A DNA stretch of 62,869 bases, counting the filler, from an uncultured Ignavibacteriales bacterium (GTDB lineage: Bacteria > Zixibacteria > MSB-5A5 > GN15 > JAAZOE01), in NCBI GenBank assembly GCA_964611355.1. It is 6 parts of 6 records of this genome, joined end to end, with 100 filler letters (N's around TTAATTAATTAA, not from the genome) between each part and the next. Parts side by side here need not be neighbours in the genome. Positions count along the whole stretch, not along the records: positions 23,821 to 33,914 come from CAZSYD010000070.1; positions 34,015 to 44,038 come from CAZSYD010000071.1; 4 more parts are not named here. One strand, given 5' to 3'. The notes beneath the pieces were generated by a model. That model worked only from the letters and a program-made list of their open reading frames with translations. It did not search any database and had not been told where the DNA came from. Shown piece after piece: positions 30,883 to 39,244 of this stretch. A program made the position numbers and the translations under genes. The stretch's first letter is position 1, and the number at the start of each line of letters is the position of its first letter.

Positions 30883-31880
30883 TTGTCCTCGGCATTGAAA
30901 CATCATGCGATGAAACATCCGTGGCGGTGGTAAAAGACAGCCGCAAGGTATTGTCGAATATCATTCACTCGCAGCTTGTACACCGGAAATACGGCGGGGT
31001 GGTGCCCGAACTGGCCAGCCGGGAACATATCAAACGGATTGTTCCGATAATGAATGAAGGGCTCGCCGCGGCCGGAAAGACGCTCGATGACATCGATGGC
31101 TATGCGGCTACATTTGGTCCCGGTCTGGTAGGGGCTCTGCTTGTCGGCTTATCCCTGGCCAAGTCACTGGCTTACTGCACCGACAAGCCGTTCTATGCCG
31201 TCAATCATCTGGAAGGGCACATTGCCGCCAATCTTCTGGCTCACGCCGATCTCGGGGAAAGTTTTGTCACACTTCTTGCGTCGGGCGGACACACCATGCT
31301 GATCGATGTCAACGGTTTCGGCAACTATACCGTGCTGGGCAAAACGCTGGACGACGCCGCCGGCGAGGCTTTCGACAAGGTCGCCAAACTGCTGGGTCTC
31401 GGTTATCCGGGCGGGGTTGCCATCGACCAATTAGCCAAAGTGGGCGATCCGGGTTATTTCCACTTTCCGCGAGCTGTGCCTGATCCCGAACGGCTCGATT
31501 TTTCCTATTCAGGTCTCAAAACCGCCGTAGCGCTTTTCGTCCGGAAACTCGGCGCCGATCAACTTGAGAAACACAAGGCCGATATCGCCGCCTCGTTTCA
31601 GGAAGCGGCGGTCGATATGCTGTGCGCCAAATCCATTCTCGCCCTGCAAAAATCAGGCAGGAAAATACTGGCCGTCTCCGGCGGCGTGGCCGCCAACTCG
31701 CGGCTCCGGGAAAAAATGCAAAAGACCTGCGATCAAATAAACATACGCCTTGTATTCCCGCCACCCGAGTTGTGTACCGATAACGGAGCCATGATCGCCG
31801 CCGCCGGGTCGATACACCTCGCCCGTGGGGAACATTCTCCCTTTGACGTAAACGCCATACCTTACGAAAAGCTTTCGTAA
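30879..31880 (+). CDS. tsaD: tRNA N6-adenosine threonylcarbamoyltransferase TsaD
   Basis: LGIETSCDET, GGVVPELASREH, GPGL, NHLEGH, SGGHT, DDAAGEAFDK, SGLKT, GGVAAN, CTDNGAMI. Confidence 0.97.
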   Translation: MIVLGIETSCDETSVAVVKDSRKVLSNIIHSQLVHRKYGGVVPELASREHIKRIVPIMNEGLAAAGKTLDDIDGYAATFGPGLVGALLVGLSLAKSLAYCTDKPFYAVNHLEGHIAANLLAHADLGESFVTLLASGGHTMLIDVNGFGNYTVLGKTLDDAAGEAFDKVAKLLGLGYPGGVAIDQLAKVGDPGYFHFPRAVPDPERLDFSYSGLKTAVALFVRKLGADQLEKHKADIAASFQEAAVDMLCAKSILALQKSGRKILAVSGGVAANSRLREKMQKTCDQINIRLVFPPPELCTDNGAMIAAAGSIHLARGEHSPFDVNAIPYEKLS

Positions 31881-32141
31881 AAGTAAGTCTTTGCATCCAA
31901 GGGATTGACCGGTTAACGCAGGCCATAGCAGCCCGTCAGGAAGCGGAAGATAGAGCAAAACGCAACCGAAAGGTTGCAGCATCAAAATAAGTTTATACGC
32001 TTCTTGATATGAACTCCGGAAAGATACATGCCTTGTTGGGCTGAGGTAAGTTGACAGCAGAGTGAGGAGTCAGCTTTATGACTCTTTGTTTTACTTTGCC
32101 CGTAAGTGTCTGGCAGGTGAACTGCTGTTCTGCACAATTTC

Positions 32142-32822
32142 TCAACGCGTTTTGCGGTCAGGGTCTGCGCCACCCTTGTGCCTGATTATTTCTCCTTCGA
32201 CCATGTAGATAACATCTTCGGCAATATTGGTGGCTTGGTCGGCGATACGCTCCAGGTGGCGCGAGACGGCCAATAGGTGAATCAAGCACTCCATTCTCTC
32301 CGGATATTTCCGAATAGCACCCTGAATCTGCCGGTACATCTCCCGATTGAGGGAGTCGATTTCGTCGTCGGAGGCACAAACCTTATTCGCTAAAGCAGTG
32401 TCCATGTTTACCAAGGCATCAATGCTCTGCCTCAGCATTGACTTAGCAATTTCGACCATCCTCGGAAAATCAAAAGTGATAGTCACCGGCTCTTTGGTCG
32501 AGAGAAAGACAGTCCGCTCGGCGACATTGACCGCAAGGTCACCGATTCGCTCCAGGTCGTTATTTATTTTCAGGATGGCGACAATGAACCGCAGGTCTAT
32601 CGCCACTGGTTGATGCAGAGCCAGTATTTTCAAGCACTCTTCCTCAACATCGACCTCCATTTGGTCGATATCTTCGTCTCCCTTAATGACCTGCCGGGCT
32701 AATTTCTCGTCTCTTTCCAGAAGGGACTTGATCGCTTTGTGCAGGCTCTCCTCGACCAGCGCGCTCAGAGCCAGGATATGCTTTTTCAGCTTTTCTATCT
32801 CTCGGTGCAAATGTTGGGTCAT
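32142..32822 (-). CDS. phoU: Phosphate signalling protein PhoU
   Basis: QPVAIDLR, DLERIGD, LERIADQATNIAE; follows pstB. Confidence 0.95.
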   Translation of the reverse strand: MTQHLHREIEKLKKHILALSALVEESLHKAIKSLLERDEKLARQVIKGDEDIDQMEVDVEEECLKILALHQPVAIDLRFIVAILKINNDLERIGDLAVNVAERTVFLSTKEPVTITFDFPRMVEIAKSMLRQSIDALVNMDTALANKVCASDDEIDSLNREMYRQIQGAIRKYPERMECLIHLLAVSRHLERIADQATNIAEDVIYMVEGEIIRHKGGADPDRKTR

Positions 32823-32840
32823 GAACTTATTCCTCTCGTT

Positions 32841-33695
32841 TTATCCGAAGCGTCCTGTGATGTAGTCCTCAGTCTTTTTCTTACCCGGTTTGGTGAACAT
32901 CTGTTTGGTCGGACCGAATTCAATCAGGCGGCCTTCGTAGAAGAAACCGGTGAAGTCTGAGATACGCGCCGCCTGTTGCATGTTGTGAGTAACAATGACA
33001 ATAGTGTAATCTTTTTTCAACTCGTTGATCAAGTCCTCAATCTTCGCAGTTGAGAGAGGATCAAGCGCTGAGGCCGGTTCGTCCATCAACAGCACTTCCG
33101 GTCTGACCGCTAACGCCCGCGCTACGCACAATCGCTGCTGCTGGCCTCCCGACAACATGTAGGCACTGTGGTTAAGTTTGTCTTTGACCTCGTCCCATAG
33201 ATAGGCCTTCTTTAGGGTATCCTCCACAGCCTCGGTAATAATCCTTTTGTCAGTAACACCGTTGACCTTTAGGCCGTAGGCGACATTCTCAGAAATCGAC
33301 TTGGGAAAGGGGTTCGATTTCTGAAAGACCATCCCGACCCGTCGTCTGATGACCGATACGTCCTTCACGTCTCGATAAATATCGACTTCATCAAGTTTCA
33401 CTGTTCCCTCCAAGCGGGTTCCCAGGATTGTATCGTTCATCCGGTTGAGCGTGCGCAAGAAAGTGGACTTGCCGCAGCCCGAGGGTCCGATAAGGGCGGT
33501 GACCCGGTTTCTCTGAACGTCCAGAGAAATATCGTACAGGGCTTGGCTATCGCCGTAGTAGAAGTCAAGCTTCTTAACAGTCATTTTCACCGGCAAGCCG
33601 GCCTTATCCCTCTGGTCCCGCGAGGTGGTGTTATGAGATCCGCTTGCTTGCGGCGGGAGCGATTCCAGTTCAATATTGTCCTGTTGCTTATACAT
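32841..33695 (-). CDS. pstB: Phosphate ABC transporter ATPase
   Basis: [40 protein letters not shown]. Confidence 0.97.
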   Translation of the reverse strand: MYKQQDNIELESLPPQASGSHNTTSRDQRDKAGLPVKMTVKKLDFYYGDSQALYDISLDVQRNRVTALIGPSGCGKSTFLRTLNRMNDTILGTRLEGTVKLDEVDIYRDVKDVSVIRRRVGMVFQKSNPFPKSISENVAYGLKVNGVTDKRIITEAVEDTLKKAYLWDEVKDKLNHSAYMLSGGQQQRLCVARALAVRPEVLLMDEPASALDPLSTAKIEDLINELKKDYTIVIVTHNMQQAARISDFTGFFYEGRLIEFGPTKQMFTKPGKKKTEDYITGRFG

Positions 33696-33914
33696 TGACA
33701 CGCCTCGATCTTATTCTGGAACGGATCATTATGGCTGTTGAGTTTAACATAAACGTCAACACCAGCAGGACCAATACGGTGCCGTACAAGATCGGCTTGG
33801 TCGCCTCGATGTCAGGCGATTGGGTCGCCATGACGTAGATGTGGTATCCCAGTTCCATAAACTGGTCATTAAGCTTGCTGGGCAGGTACGGCAGATAGTA
33901 CGCTGCCCCGGTGA
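33688..33914 (-). CDS. pstA: Phosphate ABC permease PstA, C-terminal part (5' truncated)
   Basis: Hand translation [11 protein letters not shown]...[14 protein letters not shown]...[20 protein letters not shown]; overlaps the pstB start. Confidence 0.88.
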
Positions 33915-34014
33915 NNNNNNNNNNNNNNNNNNNNNNNNNNNNNNNNNNNNNNNNNNNNTTAATTAATTAANNNNNNNNNNNNNNNNNNNNNNNNNNNNNN
34001 NNNNNNNNNNNNNN
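33915..34014. other. Artificial contig linker
   Basis: N-run/TTAATTAATTAA/N-run. Confidence 0.98.
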
Positions 34015-34076
34015 TCAACACGCGCGAAGAAGCCTTTTACGAAGGTTATTCCCCCTGCCGCAACTGCAAACCATGA
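34015..34076 (+). CDS. C-terminus of an Ada-type zinc-binding domain protein (5' truncated)
   Basis: NTREEAFYEGYSPCRNCKP* matches the Ada metal-binding end motif (reeA...GyrPCxxCkP). Confidence 0.75.
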
Positions 34077-34216
34077 GGAAACCGATTTTCTGCTTACACT
34101 GACAGAATCCGTCAGTGGAATAAATTTATAAATATATCGTAAAATCTGAAATAATTCTTGACACATAGTAACTGTAGCCGGCGACATTCAAGCTTGGGAT
34201 ATAAAAATGCGGTGCT

Positions 34217-34417
34217 TCAAATAGACGTCTCAGAATATATTGTAAACGCAACTGCCCGGTGGGGAAATGGGTTTGTTCCGTCATATTTTACTTTTCGTAC
34301 TACCGGTTTTGTAGTGATTCTTGTATGACGTTGAAACTGAATGTGTTTTAGGAGTCTGTAGGCGCGGCGGGATCGCCAAAGACGGTTGGCAATGAGTTGT
34401 TTTTTACTTACGGACAT
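34217..34417 (-). pseudogene. Probable internally deleted remnant of a repeat-associated hypothetical protein
   Basis: MSVSKKQLIANR joined directly to LWRSRRAYR and running through KYDGTNPF, encoded by the dispersed repeat; family assignment from recall only. Confidence 0.45.
34264..34298 (-). repeat. Dispersed AAACAAACCCATTTC-type repeat, copy 2
   Basis: gaaatgggtttgttccgtcatattttacttttcgt. Confidence 0.8.
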
Positions 34418-34777
34418 ATTTATATCCCCGGTATAATAATCCATTAATAGGGGGAAGGTTATGAAATACCATTGGTTGTATATTGATTATGGTGGAATAG
34501 AAACGCAGCGCAAGCCGATGGGCCATACGTCTAACCAATTTATAATCAACTCCTCAGGCAGAAAAGTAAAACCCACCCTTCACTTCATTCAGGATACACC
34601 AGGCGCTGCCGCTCTGGGATGGGGTACCATGTATAAATATATATAATATAGATTTATACCAAAAATTTAAAAAATCATTGCTTTTTTGCTTTTTAGGCGT
34701 ATAATTAGATAGAGTTTGTCGATACCATGAACAAAGGCTAATGTCAAAATGTTCAATTTGCTTTCTGGCGGAGCAAA

Positions 34778-35158
34778 ATGAGAAAAAAGAATACTAAGAA
34801 ATTTGATGATGCGTTATTTCTGCGTGTCTTAGGATATTTAGAGTCGGACGGGTCTTGGGCGGCTCATTGCTTAGAAACCGATTTGGTTGGATATGGAACG
34901 TCATTTAAGAAGGCTTTGGATAATCTACAGGAATTAACTGTAATGCAGGTTAGTTTCGCATCATATAAGAATCAGCCTGCACTACTCGACCGTTCAGCAC
35001 CCGTAGAGATTTTTGAGATGTATAATATGTTACTACGGGCAAGTATCCAGCAATTTACCCAGCAAGATAAATTAGACCGTAAGCGTAAGGTTACGAGTAT
35101 TCCATGGCCAAGTGATCTCCCATCATCAGAATTAGGATTCAGAATTGCGCCAAGCTAA
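34778..35158 (+). CDS. hicB: HicB-like antitoxin
   Basis: DGSWAAHCLETDLVGYGTSFKKALDNLQE, the partial RNase H HicB fold pattern; AT-rich. Confidence 0.7.
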   Translation: MRKKNTKKFDDALFLRVLGYLESDGSWAAHCLETDLVGYGTSFKKALDNLQELTVMQVSFASYKNQPALLDRSAPVEIFEMYNMLLRASIQQFTQQDKLDRKRKVTSIPWPSDLPSSELGFRIAPS

Positions 35159-35384
35159 GTCGTATAAATATCGGGAATTAATAAAACAACTCCGAAAATA
35201 CGATTCACAATTTATTGTTTATGAGACAAAAGGGAAGAGCAGTCATCGTATGATTTATCATCCAGATATATTGGGAAAGCCCGTGTCTTTCCCAATAATC
35301 TGTCATGGTGAAGGTAGTACGATTAAGAGAAAAATAATTAAAAATTTAATCAGAGCATTTAATCTCCCAGATAATCTTCTTTAG
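35145..35384 (+). CDS. hicA: HicA-like mRNA interferase toxin
   Basis: 79 aa, basic; YRELIKQL...KGKSSHRMIYHP...FPIICHG...IIKNLIR; overlaps the hicB stop. Confidence 0.78.
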   Translation: MRQAKSYKYRELIKQLRKYDSQFIVYETKGKSSHRMIYHPDILGKPVSFPIICHGEGSTIKRKIIKNLIRAFNLPDNLL

Positions 35385-35563
35385 CTTAAAAATAATAGAC
35401 TCGCTTATCCACAAATAATTCTAATTAGGACAACACCCAAAATTTTAAACTGACCCACTACCTATCTCCGTATCCATTTTTTCAGGGGAAATCCAAATAG
35501 TATCTTAGCCAACTGTCCTCTTTTTCGGGGGAAGGTCAGGTTATGCTTCGCTGCTTTGATATT

Positions 35564-35722
35564 TCACCCCTGCCGGCGGCGGTCGCCGACGATCATCCGG
35601 ACGCCGACGGCGATTATCAGAACCGGCCAGAGGTAACTCCAGAACGACCAGTTATGAATTATTCCCAACTCACTGAGCAGAAGTATCGCTCCGATTATTA
35701 CAAGAACAATGCCGAAGAACAT
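35564..35722 (-). CDS. Small membrane protein (DUF5668/LiaI-LiaF TM-like), 52 aa
   Basis: Not in ORF track; GGAGG RBS; MFFGIVLVIIGAILLLSELGIIHNWSFWSYLWPVLIIAVGVRMIVGDRRRQG. Confidence 0.8.
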   Translation of the reverse strand: MFFGIVLVIIGAILLLSELGIIHNWSFWSYLWPVLIIAVGVRMIVGDRRRQG

Positions 35723-35801
35723 TATTGCCTCCCGGGGTTTGCCCTGAATAAATAGAACTGAGTTAATGTTTTCAATGATTAAATTCCCGAAAGAAGAAAT
35801 T

Positions 35802-35843
35802 ATCGGGTTTCTCTCCTCTTGTGGCGGATCGGAACGCCGACAA
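35802..35843 (-). repeat. REP-like palindromic repeat, copy 2
   Basis: Reverse complement gtcggcgttccgatccgc-cacaaga-ggagagaaacccga, next to the GAF gene stop. Confidence 0.75.
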
Positions 35844-35844
35844 T

Positions 35845-36297
35845 CTATTGATTCTCCAATCTTTGGCCAATTAATCCGGCGATTTCCTCCAGCAGTTGTT
35901 TGTCATCTTGATTAAAATCGGCTATCTTATTTGAATCGATATCAAGTTCCCCGATAATTTTGCCCCCGACCCATATCGGGATGACTATCTCCGATCTGGT
36001 TTCCAGTGAGCAGGCCAAATACCGGGGATCGGCATTGACATCGCCCACGACTATGGTCTCCCGTTGACGAACTGCCGCGCCGCAGATGCCTTCGTTCGGA
36101 TCAATGACGGTATGCGGGGTCGGCTTGCCGACATACGGTCCGATGTATAATTTCCCGTCCTTTAAGAAGTAAAAACCAACCCAGTTATAGCGGGGAAAAT
36201 GGCGATTGATTGTCCCGGCAGTCCTGAACAGGAATTCATCGCGCTCCAGGGCGGATTCGGCCAGCTTTTTTATTTCGATCAGGAGTTGATGTTTCAT
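35845..36297 (-). CDS. GAF domain protein, free Met-R-sulfoxide reductase (MsrC)-like
   Basis: NWVGFY, GPYVG, GICG, DVNADPRYLAC, SEIVIP, ELDIDS. Confidence 0.8.
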   Translation of the reverse strand: MKHQLLIEIKKLAESALERDEFLFRTAGTINRHFPRYNWVGFYFLKDGKLYIGPYVGKPTPHTVIDPNEGICGAAVRQRETIVVGDVNADPRYLACSLETRSEIVIPIWVGGKIIGELDIDSNKIADFNQDDKQLLEEIAGLIGQRLENQ

Positions 36298-36575
36298 AAG
36301 AAAATCATCCCTTGTCAGCCTTTCCAACCTACTTAATACCTATCCGAAATCAAGCAGAATTTGCGCACACCCGTTTAGCGTGTTTAATCTTTCAACAGTT
36401 ATCTCACCTTGAAAGCTGGTGTCCTAATCGGTTGCCGGACAATTCAATAACGGCCGTCGCACACCTGTATAAATATCTTGCATAATGCAATAGTCCTCTT
36501 CAGTGGTAACTCATGCTGCCGATGCTTTAGGTGGAAGATGTCGTTGTCACGGGCTCTTAATCGGGACAGGTGATA

Positions 36576-37964
36576 ATGCCGGGAAAAATTTACGTAGTTG
36601 ACGACGAAGAGTCGATGTGCAACTTCATGGCCATCATGCTCAAGAAAGAGGGGTATGAGGTCGAGACCAGTCAGGATGCGCGTATTGCGGTTGACAAAAT
36701 CTGTTCCGGAAGCTTCGATCTGGTAATTGCCGATATCATGATGCCGGAAATGTCCGGTCTTGAACTGCTTACCGAAGTCAAAAAGAAAAAACAGGACCAG
36801 GAATTTATTGTCATGACCGCTTTCGCCTCGGTGGAATCGGCCATTGAGGCTATGAAGCGAGGCGCCGGCGACTATATTAGCAAGCCGTTCAAGATAGACG
36901 AAATCAAGCTTACTATCGAAAAGGTGATATCTCATCACCGGATTGTGGATGAAAATAAAAACCTAAAAAAGCAACTGGCTCAATCCAAAGACCTGGACAG
37001 CTTTATAGGCATGTCCGAGCCGGTCATGAAACTTAAGGAAATGATCAGACAGATTGCCAGGGTCGATTCCACGATTTTGATCAGGGGAGAATCCGGAACC
37101 GGTAAAGACCTTCTGGCCAGGGCCATTCATTCCCTGTCAGATCGCAGGGACGGCCCTTTTATCAGTATCAACTGCGGCGCCATTCCGGAGACGCTTCTGG
37201 AATCGGAGTTGTTCGGGCATGGCAAGGGCGCTTTTACGGGGGCGACCCGCGACAAGGAAGGGCTGTTTAAGGTGGCCGACGGTGGAACCTTTTTTCTTGA
37301 CGAAATCGGCAATACGTCACTTGCCATGCAGGTTAAGCTGCTTCGGGCGCTTGAGGAAAAGAAGATCATGCCGGTCGGGGAGACCAGGCAGATTCCCGTC
37401 GATATTCGCCTGATCGGCGCCACCAATACCAACCTGGAGGAGGAAGTCAGCGCCGGCCGGTTCCGTTCCGATCTTTTCTATCGCCTGAATGTAATCCCGA
37501 TCATCATACCTTCTTTGCGTGAAAGAGTGGACGATATTCTGCTTCTGATTGATTATTTTGTGGAAAAATTTTGCCGGCGGCATAACCTGACCCGCAAGGA
37601 AATACAGCCGGAGGTTTATAATATGCTTTCGGCTTACAGCTGGCCGGGCAACGTCCGGGAACTGGAGAATACTATCGAGCGTGCCATACTCCTGACCAAA
37701 GGCAATGCTTTAACGCCGAAGTCATTCCCGGAGGCGATGGTCAGCGGGAAACAAGATAGCCTGGTCAATGTCGTGGACCATAAAACGCCGGCCCTCGAAT
37801 CCATTGAAAAAGCATATATCCATTGGGTTCTGGAGCAAAGCGGAGGCAACAAATCGAAAGCCGCCAGAACGCTGGGTATCGATGCCTCAACCTTGTATCG
37901 AAAACTGGAAAAGTACAGGATAGGGGTAAAGAAAACAAAAAGCGGGGTTGCAGTAAGGAGTTGA
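36576..37964 (+). CDS. Sigma54-dependent response regulator, PilR-like by context
   Basis: Receiver, GESGTGKD, GAFTGA, FLDEI, HTH; directly upstream of the pilins. Confidence 0.92.
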   Translation: MPGKIYVVDDEESMCNFMAIMLKKEGYEVETSQDARIAVDKICSGSFDLVIADIMMPEMSGLELLTEVKKKKQDQEFIVMTAFASVESAIEAMKRGAGDYISKPFKIDEIKLTIEKVISHHRIVDENKNLKKQLAQSKDLDSFIGMSEPVMKLKEMIRQIARVDSTILIRGESGTGKDLLARAIHSLSDRRDGPFISINCGAIPETLLESELFGHGKGAFTGATRDKEGLFKVADGGTFFLDEIGNTSLAMQVKLLRALEEKKIMPVGETRQIPVDIRLIGATNTNLEEEVSAGRFRSDLFYRLNVIPIIIPSLRERVDDILLLIDYFVEKFCRRHNLTRKEIQPEVYNMLSAYSWPGNVRELENTIERAILLTKGNALTPKSFPEAMVSGKQDSLVNVVDHKTPALESIEKAYIHWVLEQSGGNKSKAARTLGIDASTLYRKLEKYRIGVKKTKSGVAVRS

Positions 37965-37994
37965 TAAGGTTTGTTCAAAGACAGGCGGTGGGTT

Positions 37995-38420
37995 ATGATA
38001 TTGCATAAAAACCGGGGGTTTACCCTCATTGAACTGATGATTGTCGTTATTATCGTGGGGATTCTTGCCGCTCTCGCCCTCCCCCGTTTCATTTCCTCAA
38101 CTTATCAGGCAAAACAATCCGAAGCGAAGCAGATATTGCACCAAGTATATACCATGGAACATATCTATCATAAAGAACATACCACATACTGGGCCGGTAC
38201 GGCATCGGCGGCGGCTCCGAACGGTCTCGGTACTATAGACGTAGAAATCTCCATATCAGCTTTATATATTTATGCTGTTGCTGCAGGTGTCACCGGGGAT
38301 ATTGCCAGTTCCTTTATCTGCACCGCCGCCGCCAACCTTGATTCCGATGGAACCCTTGATACCTGGACGATTGATCAGGACGGGGTGTTGACTAACACCT
38401 CCGATGACATAACCGGCTGA
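37995..38420 (+). CDS. Type IV pilin (copy 1)
   Basis: Prepilin cleavage site RG|FTLIELMIVV with E5 and P22. Confidence 0.92.
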   Translation: MILHKNRGFTLIELMIVVIIVGILAALALPRFISSTYQAKQSEAKQILHQVYTMEHIYHKEHTTYWAGTASAAAPNGLGTIDVEISISALYIYAVAAGVTGDIASSFICTAAANLDSDGTLDTWTIDQDGVLTNTSDDITG

Positions 38421-38585
38421 TTACCGCAAAACGCAATAGCATGGGCAACATACCCAGGCATAAATATGGGACGGCTTCGATATTGGAAAATTGCCATCGT
38501 TTTCGGCAACTATTCGGGCCGCATAACCTATAGATAGGCAGGAAGTTGAAAAAATATGTCGGCTTTTTCCAACCGGTCATCAGTT

Positions 38586-38601
38586 TGGCATCGACCTTGC
38601 A
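38586..38601 (+). promoter_or_regulatory. Sigma54 (-24/-12) promoter of pilin 2
   Basis: TGGCATCGACCTTGCA = GG-N10-GC consensus. Confidence 0.8.
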
Positions 38602-38657
38602 ATATCGATCGGCAGAGGAAACGGGTTAGACCAAACCAAAATAAGCGGGAGGTATTA

Positions 38658-39092
38658 ATGTTTACCAAGTTCCACAATCGCCAGCGCGGCTTCACCCTGA
38701 TCGAGCTCATGATCGTGGTTGTCATTATCGGTATTCTGGCCGCTCTGGCCGTGCCGCGGTTCATGAGGGCCACCACCAAGTCGAAGCAGTCTGAAGCCAA
38801 GCAGCTTCTTAAGCAGATCTACACCATGGAGCGTACCTATCGTCAGGAGAATAACACTTACTTCGCCGGTACCGCTTCGGCCGCCGCGCCGAACGGTCTC
38901 ACTACCATTGGTGTTGAAGTCGGCGTCAACGCCCTGTACGTTTATGTTGCAGCCGCAGGTGACAGCGGTAGTATTCTCGATTCATTTACGGCTACCGCCA
39001 CTGCCAATCTTGACGATGACGCTACTATCGATACCTGGACGATTAAAGAGACCGGTGTCCTGGCGTGCAGCATCAATGACGCCACAACCTAA
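38658..39092 (+). CDS. pilA: Type IV major pilin (copy 2)
   Basis: RG|FTLIELMIVV; strong RBS GGGAGG; own sigma54 promoter and terminator. Confidence 0.9.
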   Translation: MFTKFHNRQRGFTLIELMIVVVIIGILAALAVPRFMRATTKSKQSEAKQLLKQIYTMERTYRQENNTYFAGTASAAAPNGLTTIGVEVGVNALYVYVAAAGDSGSILDSFTATATANLDDDATIDTWTIKETGVLACSINDATT

Positions 39093-39122
39093 TAATGGGC
39101 AAGGAATAATACAGTTGAATAT

Positions 39123-39149
39123 GGGGCGGGGATTTCCCGCCCCTTTTTT
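39123..39149 (+). terminator. Intrinsic terminator after pilA
   Basis: ggggcggg-attt-cccgcccc-ttttttt. Confidence 0.85.
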
Positions 39150-39244
39150 ATTGATTATTTAACTAATACACCGTGTTTGCTTCTTTTAAGACCGCCTTTA
39201 AAAAAGCGATTGACTTGGTTTGTCCCGCTGCCTTTTATGATTAC

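Noticed and set aside
31954..31987. GCAAAAC-GCAACC-GAAA-GGTTGC hairpin resembling c-di-GMP-I riboswitch P2
   Set aside because: It lacks the GACGCAAA junction and P3, and lies between convergent 3' ends (tsaD/phoU) with no downstream gene; more likely a plain hairpin.
34461..35755. Short plus-strand ORFs 34461-34646 and 35543-35755
   Set aside because: The first has no motifs; the second is the antisense shadow of the real 52-aa membrane protein at 35564-35722.
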